From: Candidatus Kapaibacterium sp.
GTDB lineage: Bacteria > Bacteroidota > Ignavibacteria > Palsa-1295
Length of the DNA: 64,000 bases
Assembly: GCA_035632315.1 (NCBI GenBank)
Contig: DASQGZ010000010.1
Span: 45,524 to 109,523, forward strand
Direction: 5' to 3'
Shown: positions 50,131 to 59,047 of the stretch, piece by piece
How the letters are laid out: every line of letters starts with the position of its first letter
Numbering within the stretch: position 1 is the first letter of the stretch
Program-made: the position numbers and the translations under genes
The notes under the pieces: generated by a model
Database searches by the model: none
Told to the model about the DNA's origin: nothing
Seen by the model: the letters and a program-made list of their open reading frames with translations, nothing else

Positions 50131-50787
50131 ATGTTGCTTTTGGATAGTCAAAAAGATGAGTTATACGATTCAATTGTACATGCCGGTTTCACACCTGCCA
50201 CTTTTTCTTTTTCTAGAAGATCAGCACCTGGTATTAACAATGATGATACGACAGTTATTAATTATACGGGTACTGGATCCTATTTTGGTTTCTTTTCTGG
50301 CTCTTACAATACGAAAACTCATGCGCAGTTTTCCCCTGGAAAAGAAAGTATTGTCGAAAGATCAAGAGATTGTAACTGGAATGAATTCAAGAATATATTC
50401 TATAGTTGGTTAACGTATCTCAAACGTGAACTAACGACACCAAATAAGTGGGATAGATTGCAACGAGAGTTGGCAGCTGTGAATATCGATTTTGACGTTG
50501 AGAATGAAAAGTTTACTTATGAAGAAGTAGGGGAAATTAACACCAGAATAAATCAATTAAAAAATGATTTTCGGCAAATTCCTGAACTTGATGCACATTT
50601 TGAAGTTGTGAATCAAAAACTTGATCACATTGCGTCAATGGCTCAGCACTTAGGAAAATTTGATTGGAAAGGACTTTTTGCTGGTTCTTTGGTAGGTATA
50701 ATCATTCAGTTAAGCGTCCCGCCTGATGGTGTTGAAAAATTGTGGCAATTGGTGAAGGTTGTTTTTGGAACACATCTCCTTAGGTAA
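50131..50787 (+). CDS. hypothetical protein with C-terminal hydrophobic helix (AT-rich cassette, gene 2)
   Basis: 218 aa, 17 nt downstream of gene 1 (likely an operon). Predicted coiled segment (INTRINQLKNDFRQIPELDAHF) and a C-terminal TM-like 'GLFAGSLVGIIIQLSV'. Confidence 0.4.
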   Translation: MLLLDSQKDELYDSIVHAGFTPATFSFSRRSAPGINNDDTTVINYTGTGSYFGFFSGSYNTKTHAQFSPGKESIVERSRDCNWNEFKNIFYSWLTYLKRELTTPNKWDRLQRELAAVNIDFDVENEKFTYEEVGEINTRINQLKNDFRQIPELDAHFEVVNQKLDHIASMAQHLGKFDWKGLFAGSLVGIIIQLSVPPDGVEKLWQLVKVVFGTHLLR

Positions 50788-51150
50788 TCAGGCAAGATAT
50801 TGGTCAAACAATAGTTCATCGCCGCCTTTGAATCTTAAATCGCAAAAGGGTTTTTGTGAACATTCTTCAATTTTCCATCCCATTTTTAAGAAATTTTTGA
50901 TTTGTTCATTAAATGGAAAAGCTGCTTCATCCATGTATAATAAATAATAAGTTTTTGCACTACGTCTATCCTGCCCCAATGCAGTCATATCTTGAGCATA
51001 CAAATGAGCGAGTCCTATGATCTGTTCAAGGTTTTGGTTTGGAATATCCCTCTGATTTACAGGTAATTCTATTTTATAAATAATCATATCGAGACAACAA
51101 ATAATTCGTACTGGAATTTCAAAGTTTTTTCTACAAACAAGATGGTACCT
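50788..51150 (-). CDS. hypothetical protein (AT-rich cassette, gene 3, convergent)
   Basis: About 120 aa from the internal Met (MRYHLV..). No recognisable domain. The stop abuts the stop of gene 2. Confidence 0.35.
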   Translation of the reverse strand, partial: RYHLVCRKNFEIPVRIICCLDMIIYKIELPVNQRDIPNQNLEQIIGLAHLYAQDMTALGQDRRSAKTYYLLYMDEAAFPFNEQIKNFLKMGWKIEECSQKPFCDLRFKGGDELLFDQYLA

Positions 51151-51218
51151 CATTTCCCTCGCCTCCACTACACATCAATCTTAAATTCGCCTCGGCGGAG
51201 AGCTAGAGTTCTTAGTGC

Positions 51219-51938
51219 CTAATGCAGAACAGTAAATGCAGTGTTAGTGATCGTTCGTTTTGCATCGGATAAAAGAAGCCGGTATGCGCCGGAAGGAAGA
51301 TCCTGAACGTTGATGCGGCCATCGGCAGGAAGCGTTCCGCTAAGTACTTCAACACCGATGACAGAATAGATCTCATACCGATAGCTTGCCTGCATGTCGG
51401 TCAAGCCGCGCACGAACATATAGCTTCCGGCAGGATTCGGCTCGAGGATAATGTTCGGAGTTGGCGGATCAGTACTGACAACAGATTTGCCGTTGGTAAC
51501 AGCAAGCGTTATGCATTGATGATTTACTATATATGTTGGGCTTATCGTAAGAGTCATGCAATAGCTTTCGGTATCGGTTTTTTCGGCGTAGGGAATGACT
51601 ATGACTTCGACAGGAAGGATCTGGTTCTGAGCGATTGGGATAACATCCCCGTTCTGCACGTGGCTTCCGTTGATCGTGGTTGAGATGATCCACTGCGTTG
51701 CAGACTGTATGTTCACCGTCATGCTGTAAGAGCCAGACTGAGACTCATCTTGTATAAAGCCGCGAATCGTATCCGGCGTTATCGTCGTCTGATGGAAATC
51801 ATAGGTGATCAATGCAGTGTCGAATGATAATAGCACACTATACGGATATGCAGGCTTTATCTGTGCGCTGCCACTGCCGGCAGAAACCATGAGAAAACTC
51901 AGGACATAGAGTAGAGGAATAACCGTTAGTTTTTTCAT
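51219..51938 (-). CDS. secreted hypothetical protein with T9SS C-terminal sorting domain
   Basis: Signal peptide MKKLTVIPLLYVLSFLMVSAGSGSA. C-terminal 'ILEPNPAGSYMFVRGL...YRYEIYSVIGVEVLSGTL...GAYRLLLSDAKRTITNTAFTVLH' is a T9SS CTD. Confidence 0.55.
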   Translation of the reverse strand: MKKLTVIPLLYVLSFLMVSAGSGSAQIKPAYPYSVLLSFDTALITYDFHQTTITPDTIRGFIQDESQSGSYSMTVNIQSATQWIISTTINGSHVQNGDVIPIAQNQILPVEVIVIPYAEKTDTESYCMTLTISPTYIVNHQCITLAVTNGKSVVSTDPPTPNIILEPNPAGSYMFVRGLTDMQASYRYEIYSVIGVEVLSGTLPADGRINVQDLPSGAYRLLLSDAKRTITNTAFTVLH

Positions 51939-52001
51939 AGAGGTAATGAAGATGATATGATAAAAAAACTAACCTATGTTTGGCAGAGGTAGTTCTCAGG
52001 G

Positions 52002-52036
52002 GAGAATTATTTGCCCTCACGCTAACGCTCTCTTGG
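52002..52036. repeat. REP-like palindromic element, degenerate copy 6
   Basis: GCCCTCACGCTAACGCTCTCTTGGAAGGAGAGGGG. Confidence 0.55.
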
Positions 52037-52071
52037 AAGGAGAGGGGAATAAAGATCAAAATAGGTACAGA

Positions 52072-52710
52072 TCAGGATATGGAATATGCAGGATTTTTTT
52101 CTTTTTCTTTTCTCAAAGTCTCGGCGAGCTTTTTAATATTGAGCATCATGCGGCGTGTCATGATAAATGCCGCTGGTTCCATGATGCGCATTGCGATCCA
52201 CCAGAACACATTGCGGGGAACGTGCTCGGTGCCGCGATCGACAAGCCGCGTATGATCCTTATCTATCGGGTATAATCCGAACTGCCACACCCACTCGAAT
52301 CCGCTCTGTTTATAGCTCAGAGCGAGTGCGCGCGAAGGATCTACGCAGGCAACGGTGAGTTTTGTAGGACCCCAGTCGATGATATCTCCGACTGCCAGGT
52401 GCTGAAACTCGGGAAGCACACAGTTTATGCTTGGATGGTCAAGAAAACGGAAAAGACGGTCGAGCCAGTCGTAGCTATAGAATCCGCCGCGCTTAGAACC
52501 GAGCTGTACCAACCATGGCCAGATATCTCCCGGGCTGGCTTCGATCGTGACGGCGCCGGTTGAAACATCCGTCGGTCTAGCAATGATGGTATCGCCCGAC
52601 ATTATTTGCGTGAGTTCTTCGGGTACCGTACCCCATCGCGCGAACCAATGCCGCAGAAGAAACCAATAGAAAAGACCGAGCGCAATAATGACAAGAAAAA
52701 TGGTGATCAT
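52072..52710 (-). CDS. membrane-anchored hypothetical protein (possible SRPBCC-like domain)
   Basis: N-terminal TM helix 'MITIFLVIIALGLFYWFLL', then a ~190 aa soluble domain. Family uncertain. Confidence 0.4.
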   Translation of the reverse strand: MITIFLVIIALGLFYWFLLRHWFARWGTVPEELTQIMSGDTIIARPTDVSTGAVTIEASPGDIWPWLVQLGSKRGGFYSYDWLDRLFRFLDHPSINCVLPEFQHLAVGDIIDWGPTKLTVACVDPSRALALSYKQSGFEWVWQFGLYPIDKDHTRLVDRGTEHVPRNVFWWIAMRIMEPAAFIMTRRMMLNIKKLAETLRKEKEKNPAYSIS

Positions 52711-52901
52711 CGTTTTTTAGTATACTCCGAATTTTACGCTTACCATTATAGTAATATGCTGGTAAAATTTGCAAGAACCGTGCCAGGAAGAGGATGCTTA
52801 AGGTCTTTAATAAAAAGGAATTTTCGTGATACGGAGCATAAATATTCTTTACTTATCGTTAATTTTTTTCTATTCAAAACTTGAGCGTGCAAGTCCACGC
52901 C

Positions 52902-52940
52902 GCCCTCACCCTAACCCTCTCCCGGAGTACCGGGAGAGGG
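52902..52940. repeat. REP-like palindromic element, copy 7 (forward, extended loop)
   Basis: GCCCTCACCCTAACCCTCTCCCGGAGTACCGGGAGAGGG. Confidence 0.7.
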
Positions 52941-52992
52941 TAATTTTGGATAGGTGCTTCTTTTGTTATCTTTTAAAAAAGTGACGATGGGC

Positions 52993-53106
52993 ACCTTGAC
53001 AATGGGTTTTTCATTTCGTATTTTTGTGACCAAGATATGCGGGATTAAAAGGATTGATCCAGGATGTCAAGAGCCGGCTCGTATGCCGGCTCTGTTGTTT
53101 TACGGG
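52993..53106 (+). ncRNA. candidate small RNA: Bacteroidota-type promoter to intrinsic terminator, no plausible ORF
   Basis: 'CCTTGACAATGGGTTTTTCATTTCGTATTTTTGTG' contains a TTG(-33-like) and TAttTTTG (-7 TAnnTTTG-like) motif. About 75 nt downstream is AGAGCCGGC-TCGTAT-GCCGGCTCT followed by GTTGTTTT. Lies in a 720-bp intergenic region. Confidence 0.3.
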
Positions 53107-53434
53107 AGAAAGTGTGGGGGGTACACCGGTTAGGGTGAGAAATAAGGGAGTTACAGACCGAGGTCATGCTTCGTCATTGGAAAAATTCTTTATTTTAGGT
53201 GTAAGAAATTGTCACGAACTGTGGGTTTTGGCTCGTTATCAATTTGACGTAGTTTTGCGCTTTTTGTGCAGACTTCTCACCGTTCATAGTTCTGACGGGT
53301 CGTCCTAGCCACGGGGAATGATCATTTGGCACGATATTTGACAGATTCACAGCAACAGTATCAAAAATGTATTATTTTTGTATGTACCCCGAATACTCGG
53401 AGTTTAGATTTAACAAGAGTAAGGAGCTCTTAAA

Positions 53435-53785
53435 ATGAGATCAGCAAACCGAATGATAAAAATGTTGGTCGCTGCGGCTGCAGTTTCCTTTGCTCTATCG
53501 AGTTGCTCTAACAAAGCGACCGAAGATCAAATGAAATCGCTCCGTACGCTCGATCAGCAGCGTGACGCGCTCTCACAAGACCTTGACCGTGCAAAGAATT
53601 CTTTGCGCGATGCCCAGGGCAAACTTGCAGCGCAAGATAAAGACCTCGCCGATTGCCAACAGCAGACGGCGGCGGTTCGTGATGGCCTGACACAGTGGCC
53701 GAACATTTGGCCCGATGCCGCCGATTGGAATCCGCCCGCACCTGCGCCGGCTCCGGAACCAACCAAAACCAAGAAACATCGTTAA
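53435..53785 (+). CDS. coiled-coil lipoprotein
   Basis: Lipobox ALSSC; coiled-coil middle; Pro-rich tail (NPPAPAPAPEPTKTKKHR). Confidence 0.55.
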   Translation: MRSANRMIKMLVAAAAVSFALSSCSNKATEDQMKSLRTLDQQRDALSQDLDRAKNSLRDAQGKLAAQDKDLADCQQQTAAVRDGLTQWPNIWPDAADWNPPAPAPAPEPTKTKKHR

Positions 53786-53808
53786 TCTGACAAGAGGAGA
53801 ACAATAAT

Positions 53809-54534
53809 ATGAAAAAGATCATGATCTATAGTATCGCTCTTGCCGGATGCTTATTCGCTTCAGCGGCGTTCGCCCAGTATCCTGATAACTTCACGAAGGA
53901 TCAGGCGGATTCGACGATCAAAGCGCGTAATGCGGAGATCTCCAGCTTGCAGGCCGATCTGAAAACGACCACTGATGCCACGACAAAAGCCAATGCCGAT
54001 CTACAGCAGCGGATGGCAGATAACGACAACTGCCGCAACTCGCTCTATGCTCTGTGCGGAACAGACCGCAACGGGTATAATGCGTATCGCGAGCGTTTGG
54101 CGCGCGATGAGCAGGAACTGAGTTCGCTTCGTTCAATGTCACCGTCAATGCTGACGCAGAACAAATCGCGGATGGATGCTCTCGAAAGCGAAATTCGCAG
54201 TTTGCGCGGCGATAAGCTCGTGCTTATTCCCGATCATCGCCAACGTGTGACCGTCATGTCGAACAGCTATATGCAGATGAAGAAAGGTATGGCGCCGGCA
54301 GAGAAAATGTACACTGTCGGTACATGGCAGAAAGATCGCGATTGCCTTTGGAACATTGCGAAAAAGCCGGATATTTACAACGATCCGTTCGCATGGCCGA
54401 AGATATGGCACAGCAATCAGGACCAGATCAAGAATCCTGACCTGATCTATCCGGGACAGCAGTTGAAGATCTCGGAATCGCCGGTGACCGATCAAGATAA
54501 AGATATGACCGGCTACCGCCATCGCAAGCACTAA
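53809..54534 (+). CDS. secreted coiled-coil protein with C-terminal LysM domain
   Basis: Signal peptide. C-terminal 'YTVGTWQKDRDCLWNIAKKPDIYNDPFAWPKIWHSNQDQIKNPDLIYPGQQLKI' fits the LysM pattern (..Y.V..GD.L..IA......W..I...N.....I.PGQ.L.IP). Confidence 0.6.
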   Translation: MKKIMIYSIALAGCLFASAAFAQYPDNFTKDQADSTIKARNAEISSLQADLKTTTDATTKANADLQQRMADNDNCRNSLYALCGTDRNGYNAYRERLARDEQELSSLRSMSPSMLTQNKSRMDALESEIRSLRGDKLVLIPDHRQRVTVMSNSYMQMKKGMAPAEKMYTVGTWQKDRDCLWNIAKKPDIYNDPFAWPKIWHSNQDQIKNPDLIYPGQQLKISESPVTDQDKDMTGYRHRKH

Positions 54535-54657
54535 CATAGCAGCGAACGCTTTCGAATCTGAAGCGTACGATAAAGACCGGATTTCAAAGACCGTCTTTCC
54601 TGTTGGGGAAAGACGGTCTTTTGACGTTTTGAAGACCGACGTGTATATAATTCTTAT

Positions 54658-55635
54658 ATGGAAGTGATCGAACGAAAAATAAAGATTTCTCCGTCCGAAG
54701 CGCCGATGCTTTTCGGCCCTGCCGATCAATATCTGCACCTGATCGAACAGCGTTTCGATGCCCGCATCATTGCACGAGGTGATACGATCTCGTTGCAAGG
54801 TTCTCAGCAGGAAGTCGCGATGCTCGAACGGCTCTTCGGTGAATTGGCATTCGTTATTTCGAAATCCGGTTCGCTTTCAAAGAACGATGTCACCAATGTG
54901 ATCGACATTGTTTCGGCTGGCAAACAGGTCGCGCCTACAATTGACGACCTTGAATCGACAGTTCTGTTTACTCATAATCAGCCGATCCGCGTTAAGACGC
55001 CGACGCAGGTCGCATACTACAAAGCTGTTCGCAAGAACGATATTGTATTTGCCATCGGGCCTGCCGGTACGGGAAAAACATATCTTGCTGTTGCAATGGC
55101 GATTGCTGCGCTGAAGAATCGGGAAGTATCCAAAATTATTTTGGCACGGCCTGCTGTCGAAGCCGGCGAGAGTCTCGGTTTTTTGCCGGGTGACCTGACA
55201 CAGAAGGTCGATCCGTATCTGCGGCCATTATATGATGCTGCAGAAGAAATGATGACGGCCGATAAATTAAAGTCGTATGTCGAGCGGAACATTGTCGAAG
55301 TTGTGCCGCTTGCTTATATGCGCGGCAGAACGCTCAATAATGCATTTGTTATTCTCGATGAAGCGCAAAATGCGACTACCATGCAAATGAAAATGTTTCT
55401 CACGCGCATTGGCATCGGCTCGAAGGCAGTGATCACCGGCGATGTTTCGCAGATAGACCTGCCGTCGCGAACGTACTCCGGCTTAGTCCAGATTCAGGAC
55501 GTACTCCGGAGTATTGAAGGAATAGAGATGGTGTATTTCCAAAAGACAGATGTCTTACGCCATCGTCTTGTTCGTGAGATCATCGATGCATACGAACGGT
55601 TTCACGACGAACAAGACAACGATGAGAGAAAATAA
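54658..55635 (+). CDS. phoH: PhoH-family ATPase
   Basis: 'VFAIGPAGTGKTYLAVAMAIAAL' Walker A and 'FVILDEAQN' Walker B in the standard PhoH/YbeZ arrangement. Confidence 0.9.
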   Translation: MEVIERKIKISPSEAPMLFGPADQYLHLIEQRFDARIIARGDTISLQGSQQEVAMLERLFGELAFVISKSGSLSKNDVTNVIDIVSAGKQVAPTIDDLESTVLFTHNQPIRVKTPTQVAYYKAVRKNDIVFAIGPAGTGKTYLAVAMAIAALKNREVSKIILARPAVEAGESLGFLPGDLTQKVDPYLRPLYDAAEEMMTADKLKSYVERNIVEVVPLAYMRGRTLNNAFVILDEAQNATTMQMKMFLTRIGIGSKAVITGDVSQIDLPSRTYSGLVQIQDVLRSIEGIEMVYFQKTDVLRHRLVREIIDAYERFHDEQDNDERK

Positions 55636-55684
55636 GAGAATTTATTTTCTCCTTTCCCTTTTATATATTCTACGTTCTTAACAA

Positions 55685-56533
55685 GTGGATCTGTTTTCCA
55701 TCGGCTTTCTGACGATCACGTGGGTGGATATCCTGGATGTCCTGCTCGTGTCGTTCCTGTTCTATCGGCTGTATGTTGCGATGCGCGGCACGATCGCCGC
55801 ACAGGTATTTCTCGGATTAATGTTCGTGATCGTCGGCTCTGTGATCGCTCGCGCTGTAGATATGAAGGCGCTATCGTGGATCTTAAAAACACTGACCGAT
55901 ATTTGGGTCATTGCACTGATCGTTCTGTTTCAGCCCGAGTTAAGAAGACTCTTGCTGTTTCTCGGACGAAATCCGATCTTCAAATTCTTCATTCGTACAG
56001 ATGTGTCGGAATATGCCGATATTATCGTTCGGGCGTTCGAAGAGCTGCGGCTTCGACACGAAGGAGCGCTGATAGTGGTCATTCGCACGACCGATATAAA
56101 ATTATTTGTCGATACCGGTTTGCCGCTTCACGCACAAATATCGAAAGAGCTACTCGTAAGCATCTTTAACAAGCGAAGCCCGCTCCATGATGGTGCCGTC
56201 GTCGTGAAAGACCGATATATTGAAGCTGCGCGCTGCACGCTCCCGCTGTCGCAAGTCGAGTCGATCGGCGAACGAGTGCTTGGCACACGGCACCGCGCGG
56301 CGCTTGGCATCTCCGAGCAAGCCGACGTTGTCACGCTTGTACTCAGTGAAGAAACAGGGGAGTTTGCCTTTGCGAAGAACGGCAGGCTTTCGTTAAATCT
56401 AACAGCTGACGAGCTTCGTGAGCGGATCACCGAAGCGATCACCGGACCGCTGCCGACCAAACAAGAAAAGATCGAACTTGTCGGCACGGCAAAAGATTAT
56501 GCGCTTGAATCGAAAGAAGGCCTTGACAGATAA
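55685..56533 (+). CDS. cdaA: diadenylate cyclase (c-di-AMP synthase), membrane-anchored CdaA type
   Basis: Three N-terminal TM helices, then a DAC domain with 'LHDGAVVV..', 'GTRHRAALGISEQ.D' and 'VVLSEETGE'. Confidence 0.9.
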   Translation: MDLFSIGFLTITWVDILDVLLVSFLFYRLYVAMRGTIAAQVFLGLMFVIVGSVIARAVDMKALSWILKTLTDIWVIALIVLFQPELRRLLLFLGRNPIFKFFIRTDVSEYADIIVRAFEELRLRHEGALIVVIRTTDIKLFVDTGLPLHAQISKELLVSIFNKRSPLHDGAVVVKDRYIEAARCTLPLSQVESIGERVLGTRHRAALGISEQADVVTLVLSEETGEFAFAKNGRLSLNLTADELRERITEAITGPLPTKQEKIELVGTAKDYALESKEGLDR

Positions 56534-56560
56534 TAAATAGTAATATTTTTTTACCAATTC

Positions 56561-57256
56561 ATGATAGGATCGCGTACGAGACAAACAACGCTTCACAGTG
56601 CATCGAACAGGTTTGCCGAAGAGCGAACGGCAATGATCGGCTTCCTCCGTTCGCATGGGATCAGCGATCCTGCAGTGCTCGAAGCAATGCAAAAATTGCC
56701 TCGTGAATTGTTCCTTGAAGGACATTTTGCTGCTCACTCCTACGATGATTCTGCGCTCCCGATCGGTTCCGGGCAGACGATATCTCAGCCATTCACTGTT
56801 GCCTTTATGACGCAGCAACTTCGTCTGAAGCCTGGAGAAAAAGTGCTTGAGATCGGCACGGGTTCAGGATATCAGGCGGCGGTGCTTCGCGAACTCGGAT
56901 GCCGTGTTTTTACGATCGAACGCCATCAGGAGCTATTACAACAAGCAAGAAAACGATTCGAAGCATTTGGCTATCACGACATTCTTTCCCGCGCCGGGGA
57001 TGGGTCTCGCGGTTGGGATGAATATGCTCCGTTCGATGCTATTATTGTGACTGCCGGAGCGCCGGATGTGCCCGAATCGCTCATCAAACAGCTTTCACCA
57101 GATGGCGGCAGGCTTATCATTCCGATCGGGACAAAAGATGTTCAGCGAATGTATCTTGTCACCGTCAACAGTGGTAAGCACACGGTGAAAGAATTTCCCG
57201 AGTTCAAGTTCGTTCCGCTCATCGGGAAAGAAGGGTGGAGTGAGAATGTAAAATGA
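56561..57256 (+). CDS. pcm: protein-L-isoaspartate O-methyltransferase
   Basis: 'VLEIGTGSGYQAAVL' SAM-binding motif and '..IPIG' C-terminal block typical of PIMT. Confidence 0.9.
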   Translation: MIGSRTRQTTLHSASNRFAEERTAMIGFLRSHGISDPAVLEAMQKLPRELFLEGHFAAHSYDDSALPIGSGQTISQPFTVAFMTQQLRLKPGEKVLEIGTGSGYQAAVLRELGCRVFTIERHQELLQQARKRFEAFGYHDILSRAGDGSRGWDEYAPFDAIIVTAGAPDVPESLIKQLSPDGGRLIIPIGTKDVQRMYLVTVNSGKHTVKEFPEFKFVPLIGKEGWSENVK

Positions 57257-57295
57257 AAAATGTAAAATGTAAAATTAGATTCAAAACCTACTTTT

Positions 57296-58156
57296 TTGAA
57301 TATTGACGTCATTACCGGACCGACTGCAAGCGGGAAATCGGCGCTTGCTCTTGAACGCGCACGTTCTGACCGCACCATCGAGATCGTCAATGCAGATGCG
57401 TCGCTCCTGTACATAGGTTTCGATATTGGGACGGCAAAACCTTCCAGGACTGAACGCGAAGAAATTCCCCATCATATTATTGATATCCTTCCGCCGTCAC
57501 AACAGTTCAGCGCAGCCGACTATTCATCACTCGCAAGAAAAATTATTCGTGAGATCATCAGTAGGAATAAAACTCCCCTTATTGTTGGCGGGACAGCATT
57601 TTATATTGATGCATTGTTCAACGGGCTTTCAATAACAGATGCCGATCAGGCTGATCTTGATAATGCACGAAACAGATATGAAAATGAATTAGCCAAAAAT
57701 GGATTCGAGAATATGCTTTCGATGCTCCAGTCGGTAGACAAAATTTTATTTGAGCAGATCACGCGAGAACGAAATCCGCGACGTCTTCTGCGAGCATGGG
57801 AATTTTACTATGCAACGGGTTCGCCGCTCGGTCAGGCGCGCCAGCATCCGCCCGAACCATTTGAGTATTTGCCAACATTTACTGTTCTTCTACCGGAACG
57901 CTCAATATTAAATGAAAAGATCGTTCACAGGATAGACGAAATGCTTTCGAACGGCTGGCTTGCCGAAGTAGAGAAATTGCTGAGAGACGGGGTTACCGAA
58001 GAAATGCAGGCGATGAAAGCGATCGGATACCGGACACTTGTGGAAGTTCTTCGCGGCAAAAAAGAGTTATTAGTTGCTCGAGATGAGATCATTGTTCAGA
58101 CTCGCCAATATGCGAAACGGCAAACAACCTGGATGAAACGATATGTCAAGCTCTGA
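57296..58156 (+). CDS. miaA: tRNA dimethylallyltransferase
   Basis: 'VITGPTASGKSALAL' P-loop at the N-terminus; 286 aa. Confidence 0.9.
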   Translation: MNIDVITGPTASGKSALALERARSDRTIEIVNADASLLYIGFDIGTAKPSRTEREEIPHHIIDILPPSQQFSAADYSSLARKIIREIISRNKTPLIVGGTAFYIDALFNGLSITDADQADLDNARNRYENELAKNGFENMLSMLQSVDKILFEQITRERNPRRLLRAWEFYYATGSPLGQARQHPPEPFEYLPTFTVLLPERSILNEKIVHRIDEMLSNGWLAEVEKLLRDGVTEEMQAMKAIGYRTLVEVLRGKKELLVARDEIIVQTRQYAKRQTTWMKRYVKL

Positions 58157-58514
58157 AAATATCACGATCACTCTTTCGGCGTTGAAGTTATTCGCGCATC
58201 ACGGTGCATATCCTGAAGAGCGGGAACGCGGCAACGAGTTCGAGATCGATCTTTCCGTTGAAATGCCAAAGCCGATCGCAACGATCACCGACGATCTCGA
58301 AGACACGATCGACTATGTCAGTCTTGCAGAATGTGTCCATTTGGTTTCATCGGAGAAGCATTACGCGGTGCTCGAAGCGTTTGCATACGATGTCTGCAAA
58401 GAAGTGCTCGAACTTCATCCGGAAGTCATACGGGTTACGATCGAAGTAAAAAAGCTTCATCCGCCGATGCCGCATCGCGTCGAAAGCGTCGGGGTCAGAT
58501 TGACATTGCCGTAA
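58143..58514 (+). CDS. folB: dihydroneopterin aldolase
   Basis: 123 aa; '..HHGAYPEERERGNEFEIDL' is the FolB core. Overlaps the miaA end by 14 nt. Confidence 0.8.
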   Translation: MSSSENITITLSALKLFAHHGAYPEERERGNEFEIDLSVEMPKPIATITDDLEDTIDYVSLAECVHLVSSEKHYAVLEAFAYDVCKEVLELHPEVIRVTIEVKKLHPPMPHRVESVGVRLTLP

Positions 58515-58520
58515 CAATTC

Positions 58521-59024
58521 TTGAACTTGCCTGTGCATACAGCATATATCGGGATCGGCACGAACATCGAGCCGAGAATCAAACGGATCGAACAAGCAAT
58601 AGATGAGCTTTCTGCATTCGGTGAAGTCGTCTCATCGAGCGCCGTCTATGAAACGACGCCGATCGGTTATGCCGAACAATCCAATTTTTTGAATGCTGTG
58701 GTGAAGTTGCACACCGTTCTTTCTGCACATGAACTACATTCGGGATTGAAGTCCCTCGAAGTCCACCTCGGCAGGCAGCACCGCGAACGCTGGCACGAGC
58801 GTGAAATAGATTTCGATATGTTATTCTTTGACGACGACGTGATAGAAACCGGGACGCTCACCATTCCGCATCCCGAACTTCATCGCCGGGCATTCGTGCT
58901 TGTTCCGCTTGCTGAGATCGCACCGGATCTGATGCACCCCATTTTAAAGAAAACAATGGGTCAGTCGCTTGGTGAATTAGGAGGAACAGGCGGCGAGGTT
59001 CACGTATATTCGCAGGACAAATAA
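58521..59024 (+). CDS. folK: 2-amino-4-hydroxy-6-hydroxymethyldihydropteridine pyrophosphokinase (HPPK)
   Basis: 'AYIGIGTNIEPR', 'SSSAVYETTPIGY' and 'FLNAVVKL.T' are canonical HPPK blocks. Confidence 0.9.
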   Translation: MNLPVHTAYIGIGTNIEPRIKRIEQAIDELSAFGEVVSSSAVYETTPIGYAEQSNFLNAVVKLHTVLSAHELHSGLKSLEVHLGRQHRERWHEREIDFDMLFFDDDVIETGTLTIPHPELHRRAFVLVPLAEIAPDLMHPILKKTMGQSLGELGGTGGEVHVYSQDK

Positions 59025-59047
59025 CGAGTTATACCCAGGCTCATTCA

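Noticed and set aside
47709-52940. Possibility that the GC-rich repeats are a CRISPR array
   Set aside because: Copies are individually palindromic, occur in both orientations, and are irregularly spaced (40 bp to 2.6 kb) with genes in between. No cas genes in the window. This fits a REP/BIME-like family, not CRISPR.
53054-53308. 84-aa ORF in the long intergenic region
   Set aside because: No RBS, and it begins inside the predicted terminator hairpin. Cys/Arg-rich composition, so more likely non-coding (see candidate sRNA).
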